A DNA stretch of 41,351 bases from a virus (taxonomy: Duplodnaviria > Caudoviricetes). The position numbers and the translations under genes are program-made. The stretch is taken from positions 1 to 41,351 of IMG/VR virus record IMGVR_UViG_3300020402_000161; one strand, 5' to 3'. This document shows positions 1 to 8,345 of the stretch, one piece after another; the first letter of the stretch is position 1; the number at the start of each line of letters is the position of its first letter. The notes under the pieces were generated by a model. It was not told where the DNA came from, made no database searches, and saw nothing but the letters and a program-made list of their open reading frames with translations.

Positions 1-11
1 CACTGCCCGCT
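1..11. repeat. 11-bp terminal overlap CACTGCCCGCT, identical to 41341-41351
   Basis: Direct sequence identity. The reading frame across the junction is intact, consistent with a circular assembly. Confidence 0.9.
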
Positions 12-451
12 GCTAGAGCTACATCTTGAGAAGTAGCACGGATAACAACACCGTCTTTACTCTCAAAAACATAGGTACCACCGGTTGCAGTTGTATCTTC
101 GCCAAAATCGAAGTACCCTGCAGTGTCTACGTTAAGTCCATCTACTAGACCATCAGGATCTGCTGCGGTTGTCGTACCATCGACAGCCTCATACGCATCC
201 CAACCAAGATCTAATGTCGCTGAACCAGTTGTCCAGTTAACATACGCTTTAGACATACTAAGAAGAAGACGTACTCTTCCTCCAGGTATTTTACCTAGTG
301 CTACTGAAGAGGTTGCGTCACCTGCACCTGACTGGTCGTGAGTAAAATACATAATTCTTACTCTACCTGCCATTTCTGTAGGTTGAACAAACTCAGGCGG
401 AGTAGCAGTTTGGTTTGTATACTCAGTAGATTTTTGAGTTGTTACAGCCAT
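1..451 (-). CDS. Post-capsid virion protein (putative decoration/cement protein), N-terminal part of a 161-aa gene that continues at 41340-41306
   Basis: Not in the ORF track because it crosses the window junction. ATG at 451 with a GGAG SD just after the capsid stop. Reads MAVTTQKSTEYTNQTATPPEFVQPTEMAGRVRIMYF...DVALAAGS|DLVGYIAYVVD* across the junction. Function inferred from its position between major capsid and tail tubular A. Confidence 0.8.
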   Translation of the reverse strand, partial: MAVTTQKSTEYTNQTATPPEFVQPTEMAGRVRIMYFTHDQSGAGDATSSVALGKIPGGRVRLLLSMSKAYVNWTTGSATLDLGWDAYEAVDGTTTAADPDGLVDGLNVDTAGYFDFGEDTTATGGTYVFESKDGVVIRATSQDVALAAGS

Positions 452-461
452 TTTCTATCTC

Positions 462-1346
462 CTATTCCGCGCACTTGATTTCAATTACTTTCTCTTCGTT
501 CATTCTTACTGAACCGAAAGAAGCTGAGCAATAAACCTGAGTACTATTTCTCTTGTCACGTCTAGGACCAATATCCACATTGATGTCTTGTCCTACTGCA
601 AGCAGCATACCTGACTTAGTGAAACATGGTACTCTACGATAAGAGTTAGCGTCAGTGTTTACGAGTTCGGTGCGAACAAACTCGAAGCCCATGAAAGTGT
701 TAACATCGCCTTGAACAAGTGCTTTAACAGAGTTGAAGTCAGCGCTTGTTACTTCAGTTGTTTGCAATAGATCAGTGATCTGTTTTGCAGTAACAATGAT
801 GTAACGAGGATCTGCCGGATCAGTCTCTGATGCATCAAGCATTTGTTTAGCTTTTCTGAGTTTCCCGATAGTTAAACCAGAGTTAGCAGCTGCTCCACTC
901 TCTACATAGTTAACAGCGATTTGCTGTGATGCAGGGAATGTTACCGTGCTTGATCCAGTTTTTCCAGTAGACACAGAGTTGAAAGCTGCTTCAAGAATGA
1001 TTTCATCCATTTTTCTGCCAAGTGCAAAAGATGCGTTTTGGCTATATGGAGAAGTCGGATCTATTAACAACCTAATTCTGTCGGGTCTATCAATCAACTC
1101 CGCCCAGTCAAAGTCACGCAATGAGACTCTACGTCTGTCATGCGGTACGTTAACTAGAGGTGTATCTTGATGTCGTCCTGTCACTTCCTGTGCAGAGGTC
1201 GCGCCAATTCTGTCATAAAAATCGAACTCAGCATTCTGAGTTTCAACTCTCACATACGGACGTAGGCGAGAACCTTTTTGCTGCAGGAGGTGCTCAACAT
1301 TAGCTCTGTACTGCTGTACAAAAGCTGTTGTGATTTGAGTTGACAT
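462..1346 (-). CDS. Major capsid protein
   Basis: 294 aa. Starts MSTQITTAFVQQY...LLQQKGSRLR and ends VRMNEEKVIEIKCAE, typical of podovirus capsids. AAGGAGG SD, own promoter, downstream of scaffold. Confidence 0.9.
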   Translation of the reverse strand: MSTQITTAFVQQYRANVEHLLQQKGSRLRPYVRVETQNAEFDFYDRIGATSAQEVTGRHQDTPLVNVPHDRRRVSLRDFDWAELIDRPDRIRLLIDPTSPYSQNASFALGRKMDEIILEAAFNSVSTGKTGSSTVTFPASQQIAVNYVESGAAANSGLTIGKLRKAKQMLDASETDPADPRYIIVTAKQITDLLQTTEVTSADFNSVKALVQGDVNTFMGFEFVRTELVNTDANSYRRVPCFTKSGMLLAVGQDINVDIGPRRDKRNSTQVYCSASFGSVRMNEEKVIEIKCAE

Positions 1347-1384
1347 ATTTGCCTCCTTATCAACATTAAGATTAACATTAAACG

Positions 1385-1459
1385 CTTTGGCTGCCCTTTC
1401 GGACCTCTGCTACCCTTTATAGTCTGGGTGATGACTCGGACGGTTTCCCGCTACCCAAT
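1385..1459 (-). promoter_or_regulatory. Structured 5' leader of the capsid mRNA with GAAA-capped bulged hairpins
   Basis: Minus strand reads UUGGG-UAG-CGG-GAAA-CCG-UCCGA and GG-UCC-GAAA-GGG-CAG-CC. GGGYAGC occurs three times. Confidence 0.55.
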
Positions 1460-1465
1460 ACTTGT

Positions 1466-1494
1466 ATTCTACCGTAAAAACGCCGTTTTGTAAA
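1466..1494 (-). promoter_or_regulatory. Sigma70-type promoter for the capsid gene
   Basis: TTTACA-17 bp-TAGAAT on the minus strand, about 115 nt upstream of the capsid ATG. Confidence 0.7.
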
Positions 1495-1854
1495 CTACAT
1501 TCCTAGCTTAGTACCAGATGGTTTATTACCCAACGACTTACGTACGATATTCATAGATTGTGCTTCAGAATAGCCAACAAACTCTTGGCTTCTAATAAAA
1601 TCAATAGGGTTCTGCAATGACTGCGCTCGACCTGTACCTGATTTTGCCGGCTTAAGCGGTGTTGCCGTTTGTTTGTTTTTAGCTTGTTTTTCAACTTGAG
1701 CTTTAGCACTTTCTAAATATTCTGAAGGAATAGATAGCCTATCAGCTATCTGTCTTTGATAGCTTGCGTTTGTTTGACTAGAACGTGACGTACGACCTAT
1801 AGTAGTCTTACGAAACTCATCGTCAAAATATCCAACTTTAATCTTCTTGGCCAT
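1495..1854 (-). CDS. Hypothetical basic protein
   Basis: 119 aa. Start abuts the upstream stop (TAAATG) in the head operon. Confidence 0.7.
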   Translation of the reverse strand: MAKKIKVGYFDDEFRKTTIGRTSRSSQTNASYQRQIADRLSIPSEYLESAKAQVEKQAKNKQTATPLKPAKSGTGRAQSLQNPIDFIRSQEFVGYSEAQSMNIVRKSLGNKPSGTKLGM

Positions 1855-1941
1855 TTACTTTCCCTTTGGTTTTGGCTTAGGCTTAGGTTTTTTAGGTGGT
1901 CTACCTAGCTTAGTGCCGTATGTTCCTTTTCCCTTTGGCAT
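1855..1941 (-). CDS. 28-aa Lys/Pro-rich microprotein
   Basis: Read by hand: MPKGKGTYGTKLGRPPKKPKPKPKPKGK*. Fills the gap between neighbouring genes exactly. Below the ORF-track cutoff. Confidence 0.7.
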   Translation of the reverse strand: MPKGKGTYGTKLGRPPKKPKPKPKPKGK

Positions 1942-1943
1942 AG

Positions 1944-2093
1944 TTACCCTTTCTTTGTTTGTGATCGTTTTAAATCAGCGGCAGTCGGAGCCCCTTTGGA
2001 CCCCGGCTTTCGCATTTTTTCACCACTACCGGCTGCTATACGCTTTCGTTTAGCATGTATATTAGCCCATAATCCCATTTTAGTTTTAGCCAT
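1944..2093 (-). CDS. 49-aa basic microprotein
   Basis: Read by hand: MAKTKMGLWANIHAKRKRIAAGSGEKMRKPGSKGAPTAADLKRSQTKKG*. GGAGG SD, overlaps the scaffold stop. I recall the GLxANIHAKRKRI..GSGEKMRKPGSKGAPT pattern from other aquatic podoviruses. Confidence 0.8.
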   Translation of the reverse strand: MAKTKMGLWANIHAKRKRIAAGSGEKMRKPGSKGAPTAADLKRSQTKKG

Positions 2094-2937
2094 TTATATC
2101 CTCCGGATAAGCATAAGCAAAGAGATCTCTCATCTTTTCTATTGCTTGTTGATGGCCATCTACCTCTGAATCATTATACTGCTTCATAAAGTTAGGATCA
2201 CGTTGTAATCTAGCGATCTCTTGACGTGCAGCATCAGGAGTCAATGTAAACTGAGATGATTCACCAGTTGGTTCAATACCTGATTCCATCATTGATTGAC
2301 CAATCTTAGCAAACATCCTAATCATCATTGGATGATCACCCATACCAGAGTCATCTAGCCATTGTTGAAATGGTTCACCACCAAATTCAGCTGCAGCACG
2401 TTGAGCAAGATCAACTCGCTCGTCGTAAGCCTTGCCAAACTCTTGGCGTATTTCTTTATCCCACCCTTCACGCTGCATAGCCGTATTAGTAGTGTTTTCA
2501 GTATGGACATTACTAATGTAATCCATATAACCAGAAAATACTTTATTAGCTTGCGCGTTAGATAAACCAGCATCATGTAAGACGCCTAGCATCTTTGTTT
2601 CCATATCAGTATTATATTCAAGACCTTCAGCCAGTTGTGGTTTAGTTATCTCATATTTTTCAGGCCGACCCAGACGATTATAAAACTCATTCATTTCATC
2701 TGGTGATGCGTCATCTTTAGGAATAACGATCTTGTCTGCACCTATCATTTTTTGACCATGCACATAGCCTTTTGCAAGACTAGCTACGTCATTTATACTT
2801 GCCAGGCTCGGGTCATTTCTTAGGTCTTCGCTTAACGATGCCTTCCAATCAATAACTGCCGGGCTACCCGCTTCTGCTCCACCAGTATCTGCTACTGGCT
2901 GCGGCGCTTCTACGGACGCGACTGCTTCTTCACTCAT
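2086..2937 (-). CDS. Capsid scaffolding protein
   Basis: 283 aa, acidic and helical, contains FYNRLGRPEKY. Lies between portal and capsid. Confidence 0.8.
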   Translation of the reverse strand: MSEEAVASVEAPQPVADTGGAEAGSPAVIDWKASLSEDLRNDPSLASINDVASLAKGYVHGQKMIGADKIVIPKDDASPDEMNEFYNRLGRPEKYEITKPQLAEGLEYNTDMETKMLGVLHDAGLSNAQANKVFSGYMDYISNVHTENTTNTAMQREGWDKEIRQEFGKAYDERVDLAQRAAAEFGGEPFQQWLDDSGMGDHPMMIRMFAKIGQSMMESGIEPTGESSQFTLTPDAARQEIARLQRDPNFMKQYNDSEVDGHQQAIEKMRDLFAYAYPEDING

Positions 2938-3190
2938 CTATAGCCTCCTTTTCTAAGTTAAGAAACTCTTGAGGATCTCTATCGATAAACCTCAAGATAC
3001 TTATTACAACTCTACGCATACCTTCACGATGCGCAGTTTCGTGTGAATCACCACTTACATAGGTTGCATCATTTACAAAACCTACTTTACATAGATGATT
3101 CAATACTCGCTTACCATCTGCTGTATCAAACACAGCTCGATAGCTTGCGTGTAATTCACTAGGTTTACTGGGCTTGTCCGCCAAGTGCAC
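2930..3190 (-). CDS. Small conserved protein downstream of portal (Bbp19-like)
   Basis: YRAVFDTADGKRVLNHL...TAHREGMRRVV pattern. The start may be the TTG at 3184. Confidence 0.7.
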   Translation of the reverse strand: MHLADKPSKPSELHASYRAVFDTADGKRVLNHLCKVGFVNDATYVSGDSHETAHREGMRRVVISILRFIDRDPQEFLNLEKEAIDE

Positions 3191-4802
3191 CTCCTATCAT
3201 TTCTTCCATACCAGCGTCTTTAGCTGCTTTAGCCATATCTTTAGCTGTTGCAGCATCTTGCGCCATAGCGCCTCTTTCTTCCATTTGCTGCATTTGTTCT
3301 GCTTTTTGTTGTCTAATTTCAGCTACTTGGTCAGGATTTGTAAGTGTTTCTACCGGAGCATCTAATGTTTTATGAGCCCATCTAAACGTAGCGTCAGCAT
3401 CTATATTATCAAAAATCTCTGGCTTCACGTTAGCAAGTGGTATCATTTGTTCCATAAATCTAGAAAAGTTAAATACTGCCTGTGCTTTTTGTGCTCTTGC
3501 TACAGGTGAGACATAATCAAGTTGTAAGTCAATACCTTCAAGCTCTTGTGGTACTGGCGGTAATTCTTTTCTACGCATCATTAATTGAAATACACGAGTA
3601 ATCATGGGGCCAAGGAACTCGGATTGTAATCTACCAACCATTGGTCCCATCAATCTCATTTTCTCTTCTTGACGCTGCATTACTTCTGTAGCAGTCATTT
3701 GAGGACCTTCCCTCATTTGTAACCAATCTACATGAAATGCTTTCTTAATATGTTCACGTCTAGATTCTATAAAATCTAAACCTACATCTGGTCTCTCACC
3801 ACCGATTAATGGCTCTACTTTATCTGGCGTACCAGAACGATAGTAGTTTAGACCACCAGGAACCGTCCTTAGTGGCATCATAAAACCATCGTCTGGAACC
3901 AGTAGGGGAGGATCAGTTGCTTTTTGAGCAGCTCTAATAGTCGTCTTCATCATTTCGTTTACCATCTTAATATCTGGCATACACATCATTGATGGCGATC
4001 GACCGTAAACTTCACCTGAGGTTTTACTCCAACGAGGTACCATATAAGGAAACTCTTGGAATCCACCCTCTTTTAACATTATTTGTTCTTCAACTAAAAC
4101 GTAACATGATTTAAATGGCATATTGTTTTTATCTTTTTTGCCATAATCTAAATCAGCTCTTGGCTCAACTGCGTGAACACAAGTAAATTCTTGAAACGGT
4201 TGCTTAGTAGCTATTTCTTTTATCTTTTCAGGAAGTACATCAGCATATAGCTGCATTAGTTGTCTGGCTGTATGCTTATATCTACGATATACCGTATCTA
4301 CTACGCCTTCGTGATTTTCAGCTACATAACAATCAGCTAAGTGGAATGATCTAAAACCTATAGGTTTACCAGGTTTATCTTCAACAAATATTACAGCGGT
4401 TCCATAAGCACCTAAATCTAAGTATAATTCATGTACTGAGGTTATGAAGTTAGACTCTGCAATGTTAAATACTTTATCAAACATAATCCCCACTGATTGC
4501 TGCAACCAAGCATGAGTACCTGCAGATGCTTGTTGACCTGGGACTCTAAGATGAAACCATCTTTCAGCCACATTAGTCAAGTGTCCGTGCAGGCCAGATG
4601 CTAGCTGCTCGTTTGCCAGTGGAGCGGTAGAATCAAATACTTTATCAAATCTAGCTCGAGATCCCCTTGCTTGTTTGGTCTGGAAGTCACCCCGGCGAGG
4701 ATTTACAAAGTCTGTACAATCTTGCCAGAGTGTCTCCCAGGGAGCTCTAAAAGATTCTAGTTGTTCCAACCGCTTTAATATTTGGTTGACTTGCTGCTTC
4801 AT
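3165..4802 (-). CDS. Portal (head-tail connector) protein
   Basis: 545 aa with T7-type connector motifs: FDSTAPLA, PYMVPRW...GEVYGRSP, MTATEV, LGPMITR. Confidence 0.93.
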   Translation of the reverse strand: MKQQVNQILKRLEQLESFRAPWETLWQDCTDFVNPRRGDFQTKQARGSRARFDKVFDSTAPLANEQLASGLHGHLTNVAERWFHLRVPGQQASAGTHAWLQQSVGIMFDKVFNIAESNFITSVHELYLDLGAYGTAVIFVEDKPGKPIGFRSFHLADCYVAENHEGVVDTVYRRYKHTARQLMQLYADVLPEKIKEIATKQPFQEFTCVHAVEPRADLDYGKKDKNNMPFKSCYVLVEEQIMLKEGGFQEFPYMVPRWSKTSGEVYGRSPSMMCMPDIKMVNEMMKTTIRAAQKATDPPLLVPDDGFMMPLRTVPGGLNYYRSGTPDKVEPLIGGERPDVGLDFIESRREHIKKAFHVDWLQMREGPQMTATEVMQRQEEKMRLMGPMVGRLQSEFLGPMITRVFQLMMRRKELPPVPQELEGIDLQLDYVSPVARAQKAQAVFNFSRFMEQMIPLANVKPEIFDNIDADATFRWAHKTLDAPVETLTNPDQVAEIRQQKAEQMQQMEERGAMAQDAATAKDMAKAAKDAGMEEMIGGALGGQAQ

Positions 4803-5017
4803 TAGTATTTACCAAGTGGTTCAGATGCGCCACCAAGAAGTTTCTTCTTCTTGATCTGCTCCATCTTTTGCGCTTCCGTATCGGTTAATACCGTTGAACC
4901 TTTCCCCTTACGTTTCTTTTCGCTTTCAGTAAGCTCTGTTACTGAAGGACCCGTATCCACCGGCTTTGGAGCTGGTGGTGGTGGTGGGGGAGCTGGTCGT
5001 GATCCGCCTCCGCACAT
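4802..5017 (-). CDS. Small virion-associated protein upstream of portal (T7 gp7.3-like position)
   Basis: 71 aa, MCGGG start followed by polyproline and a basic region. GGAGG SD. Confidence 0.7.
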   Translation of the reverse strand: MCGGGSRPAPPPPPPAPKPVDTGPSVTELTESEKKRKGKGSTVLTDTEAQKMEQIKKKKLLGGASEPLGKY

Positions 5018-5028
5018 AATAAGCCTCC

Positions 5029-5499
5029 TTATAGTTTACATTTCCTAAATACGTAACCCACGGTATCATAACCAAGAGCTTCGTACAATTTTTTCGTGTC
5101 TTCAGTCTGAACGCCCGTAGACGTAGCAGGTCTAACTTCACTAGCACCTTTATCAAATGCCCATTGCTGAAACCGTTTTATTAATCTAATTGCAGCCACG
5201 CCGCCACGTTTAGACTTATCGACAAACAGCAAACAATCATTCGCTACTAGGTCCTTACCGAAATAATACTCTGAAATGAACCCAACGTACATCGCAAATA
5301 TCTTATTTTCGCAGATTGCTATATCTGCAAAGTAAATCTCAGGATTAGCGAGCCAAGTTGCTGCCATTAAGTCTAATTTAGCGGGATCATAATCTAAATG
5401 ACTATAATTAGATTCTGCATGCATTTGTCGCCCTAATTCTACCATTGCTGGCAAATCATCTAGTTTAAATGGACGATACGTTATAATCCCCGAAGACAT
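5029..5499 (-). CDS. GNAT family acetyltransferase
   Basis: YRPFKLDDLPAM start, LFVDKSKRGGVAA acetyl-CoA motif A, LYEALGY. Start moved to ATG 5499, which has a GGAG SD. Confidence 0.85.
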   Translation of the reverse strand: MSSGIITYRPFKLDDLPAMVELGRQMHAESNYSHLDYDPAKLDLMAATWLANPEIYFADIAICENKIFAMYVGFISEYYFGKDLVANDCLLFVDKSKRGGVAAIRLIKRFQQWAFDKGASEVRPATSTGVQTEDTKKLYEALGYDTVGYVFRKCKL

Positions 5500-6781
5500 T
5501 GTACTCCTGTTCTGCTTGACGCGGTAATTTTGAAACATTCTTGTTAATACGGTCTCTGATGCCTAGAGCTAAGTACCTCATAGCGTCTGCGGGGTGCGAA
5601 GTCCAGTCATGCAGCGGCCTATCTCTAAATGTTTTATTCTTGTCGTCAAAATCTTTTCTATATTGTCTTAATGCTTCTATTAAGTGATTACATTTATTTT
5701 CGTCCATATAACAACGGGGTAATATAGACCTGACAGCTTCTATACCGTCTTCTATTCTTAAATTAGCTACAACTCTAAACCTTATGCCTAATTCTCTAGC
5801 AATCTCTATTCTAGATTTACCTGTACTTAGATCTCGTACCTTAATATCATGAGGAGCAAAGTGGTCTCCATAGACATATTCCTTCTCCCTAACGATTTTA
5901 ATGTAGTGAGCCAAACCTTCCCCTTGATTTTCATAATAATCTATTATACGTACTTCATTGTGGTGCATTTGGAAGAATATGATCACGGTCGAATCACCTA
6001 CACCCAAGTCCCACGACGTATGTACATCGAGTGTCGGTTCGTACGGGACCTTGGTTAGATGTTGGTCAGCTAACAACCTAGCCATGGCGTTACCATAATA
6101 CGAACCGACCAGCGGAGCATCAAATGAACAGAAGAATTCTTGTTGTATCATTTCCTCGGGCATACCTGCTGCACGTTCCTCATCAACAGCAGATATTGGG
6201 ATTGCCCGAGTGTCTTCGACAGATAAAACTTGTTGGAACCAAGATTCGTTTTTCTTAGCTATATTAAGAAGATCATATCCATGGTTTCTACCTCTAGCTG
6301 TATAAATGAATAATGCCCATCCTCCATTTTCAGCCAAGATGGGACGTATGTAATCCCAGGCACGAGGATCTTGCAGGGAATACTCTGAAAACACGACTCC
6401 AACAGGATTTGCTCCAACGAGTCTGTCGACATTATCGGTTCCCACAACTTGATAGATTGACCCATTCTTTAACGTTAATCTCATCTCCGTATTATTAATA
6501 GCTTCGTGCATTTGTTTGGGAAAGTGATCTAAAAACTTACGGCCGTCTCTAGTCATACCATCCCATGCAATCTTTCTTCCCTGGTTATAAGTAGGAAAGA
6601 GATGCCAGTATAGTCCTGGCCTTGTCATCGCAGAAACAGCACACCAATTTATGCTGCATAAGTCTTTACCGGCTCTTCGATGCCAAACGCAAACTGCTCT
6701 TTTTCCGCCGCCCTCAAAAAATTCCCACATGGGCATTTGATACGGACGAGGTTTCCAATCACTCGGTACTTGTATCTTCAT
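5465..6781 (-). CDS. terL: Terminase large subunit
   Basis: PRPYQ, HRRAGKD Walker A, VVFSEY Walker B variant, SWDLGVGDST and SHPADAMRY nuclease motifs. Confidence 0.93.
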   Translation of the reverse strand: MKIQVPSDWKPRPYQMPMWEFFEGGGKRAVCVWHRRAGKDLCSINWCAVSAMTRPGLYWHLFPTYNQGRKIAWDGMTRDGRKFLDHFPKQMHEAINNTEMRLTLKNGSIYQVVGTDNVDRLVGANPVGVVFSEYSLQDPRAWDYIRPILAENGGWALFIYTARGRNHGYDLLNIAKKNESWFQQVLSVEDTRAIPISAVDEERAAGMPEEMIQQEFFCSFDAPLVGSYYGNAMARLLADQHLTKVPYEPTLDVHTSWDLGVGDSTVIIFFQMHHNEVRIIDYYENQGEGLAHYIKIVREKEYVYGDHFAPHDIKVRDLSTGKSRIEIARELGIRFRVVANLRIEDGIEAVRSILPRCYMDENKCNHLIEALRQYRKDFDDKNKTFRDRPLHDWTSHPADAMRYLALGIRDRINKNVSKLPRQAEQEYNVFGDYNVSSI

Positions 6782-7058
6782 CTACAATATCACTAAACTT
6801 TACTACCTCAATACTTACATTACCATCGATGCTTGCATCAACATCAACAGCTTTTCTTTTAGGCGCAACATATTGTGCAAGTTCCTTAAATGCCGTTAAA
6901 CGTAAACCATGATCAAGCGAAGTATCGTTCGCGATCATCGCCATACCTTCAATAGGATCACAATTTAGTTGTTCCAGTCTTTCTGCTATCTCTCTGGATC
7001 GCTTATTAGCCTGACCTTTAGGCCTACCAGCTCCTGGACGTGCGCCACCTTTAGACAT
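6759..7058 (-). CDS. terS: Terminase small subunit (putative)
   Basis: 99 aa starting GGARPGAGRPKG, with ELAQYVAPKRKAV. Directly upstream of and overlapping terL. Confidence 0.75.
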   Translation of the reverse strand: MSKGGARPGAGRPKGQANKRSREIAERLEQLNCDPIEGMAMIANDTSLDHGLRLTAFKELAQYVAPKRKAVDVDASIDGNVSIEVVKFSDIVDEDTSTE

Positions 7059-7075
7059 TCTTACTCCTTAATGGT

Positions 7076-7123
7076 GTGGACAAGGACGATTGACTAGCCT
7101 AGGATGAGAACCGCCCCGCCCAC
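7076..7123 (-). promoter_or_regulatory. Long hairpin in the leader of the late operon
   Basis: GUGGGC-GGGGCGGUU pairs with AAUCGUCCUU-GUCCAC, using several G.U pairs. Confidence 0.5.
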
Positions 7124-7140
7124 GTTAATACTATACCATA

Positions 7141-7169
7141 ATACTACAATGAATTACAGCTCCTGTAAA
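7141..7169 (-). promoter_or_regulatory. Sigma70-type promoter for the packaging/structural operon
   Basis: TTTACA-17 bp-TAGTAT, with TG immediately before the -10 hexamer, on the minus strand upstream of terS. Confidence 0.75.
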
Positions 7170-7181
7170 CAATATCCGACA

Positions 7182-7254
7182 TATTGGCATATTGTATTTA
7201 TTGGTATTCTACAAATGTTTACATTTTTTTACAAATTATTTCCTATATATAATA
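7182..7254 (+). repeat. Copy 1 of an inverted ~70-bp element (copy 2 at 9381-9454)
   Basis: TATTGGCATATTGTATTTATTGGTATT matches the reverse complement of 9428-9454 at 24/27 positions. AAATTATT and TATATA boxes follow at near-identical offsets. Confidence 0.7.
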
Positions 7255-7292
7255 CAAAATGCTAGCGTACTATGTCCGATTGTAAAAAAGTA

Positions 7293-7365
7293 CCCCCGCA
7301 GATCGACTGACTTGGCGCTCGAAGACCCGGACGCGATGCCGGTCGCCCCCGGGCCCCGAATCGGG
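7293..7365. other. GC-rich island between the divergent arms; candidate genome terminus or packaging site
   Basis: About 70 bp of C/G runs and short palindromes (CCCGGG, CCCGAATCGGG) inside very AT-rich DNA. Function inferred from position only. Confidence 0.45.
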
Positions 7366-7604
7366 AAAAAATAAAATATAAAAATGATAATGTTTTCTAG
7401 TACTTTTGCTAAAATAAATTTAAAACTATAATTAAAATCCAATAAACTCCGTTTTATTTTAAATAAATAATATAAAGAGTTAATAGAAAAAAATAGATTT
7501 TAAATCAATATGAGATTTATAATTAATTAATAATAAAGAGAGTTATATATAATAAAGTAATAAATATATTTCGAAATTAATTTTAAAATTATTTTAAAAA
7601 ACTA

Positions 7605-7632
7605 TTTACAAATATAAAAAACAATATAATAT
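7605..7632 (+). promoter_or_regulatory. Early sigma70-type promoter
   Basis: TTTACA-16 bp-TAATAT, then AGAAAGGA SD and ATG at 7666. The AT-rich context weakens the call. Confidence 0.55.
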
Positions 7633-7665
7633 TAAATTAATATTAATTAAGAAAGGATAGTTATT

Positions 7666-7830
7666 ATGAGTAATAAAATTACTGAAAAACAAATAATTGC
7701 TATATTAGAAAATAATTTAATTAATTTTATAAGTAATAAAGAAATTAAGAAAATAGTTTTTAATTATGCATTTGGAGAAAAATTTATGAAAAGTAATAAT
7801 AAAGGAGAAAAGGAGAAATATTATGAGTAA
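7666..7830 (+). CDS. Early hypothetical protein, 54 aa
   Basis: Read by hand: MSNKITEKQIIAILENNLINF...KEKYYE*. GAAAGGA SD. Not in the ORF track. Confidence 0.65.
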   Translation: MSNKITEKQIIAILENNLINFISNKEIKKIVFNYAFGEKFMKSNNKGEKEKYYE

Positions 7831-8149
7831 ATGTTTAAATGAAAAATATAATAGTAAAAGATTTAATTTAAATATTAATAAAGATCTTGAAAAATTAAAT
7901 ACTCATATAGAATTATTAAATAATTTATATGATTTTAATAGCACTCCAGATAAAACGGGATATATTAATAAAGATTATTTAATTCAAGAAGATATTTTAA
8001 AAGTTTATAGAAATAAAATCGAGTTTTTAAAAAATGAGATTATTAGTAAACTAGATAATTTATATAATGAAATTGAGATGTTTGATAATATCTCGGAATT
8101 AGAAAGTGCCAATTACGATTTAGATATGGAAAAGCAATCTCATGAGTAA
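7823..8149 (+). CDS. Early hypothetical protein
   Basis: 108 aa with an AAGGAGA SD. Confidence 0.75.
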   Translation: MSKCLNEKYNSKRFNLNINKDLEKLNTHIELLNNLYDFNSTPDKTGYINKDYLIQEDILKVYRNKIEFLKNEIISKLDNLYNEIEMFDNISELESANYDLDMEKQSHE

Positions 8150-8345
8150 TTATAATAAATTATTAGTAATTTTCGAAGAGAGTTTTAATTTTAAACTCTC
8201 TTTTTCCACTATGAGTAAAAAAGAGTTTTATAAATTTATAAAAGATTTTATGAATAATAAAACGGAATATTATCAAGATGATTATTTTTTAAATAATTAT
8301 TATAAAGAAGTAAAAAAACTAATGAGAAAGGAGAAAATAATATGA
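8142..8345 (+). CDS. Early hypothetical protein
   Basis: 67 aa, overlaps both neighbours. Confidence 0.65.
   Translation: MSNYNKLLVIFEESFNFKLSFSTMSKKEFYKFIKDFMNNKTEYYQDDYFLNNYYKEVKKLMRKEKII

Noticed and set aside
123-341. Plus-strand 72-aa ORF, and similar short antisense or nested ORFs such as 946-1170, 15799-16251, 30532-30870, 33804-34118 and 37986-38426
   Set aside because: They lie opposite or inside well-supported genes and show no recognisable motifs.
1385-1459. c-di-GMP riboswitch or tRNA in the capsid leader
   Set aside because: GAAA tetraloops are present, but I could not find the riboswitch consensus or a cloverleaf. Kept only as an unclassified structure.
1847-2053. Plus-strand 68-aa hydrophobic ORF
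   Set aside because: It is the antisense shadow of the two Lys-rich minus-strand microproteins, which fit the operon.
6370-6400. Terminase Walker B reads FSEY instead of hhDE, suggesting inactivation
   Set aside because: The other ATPase and nuclease motifs are intact, and I recall this variant in related terminases.
7192-7442. ORF-track entries 7192-7374 (+) and 7236-7442 (-)
   Set aside because: No SD, and they cross the repeat element and GC island. The region looks non-coding.
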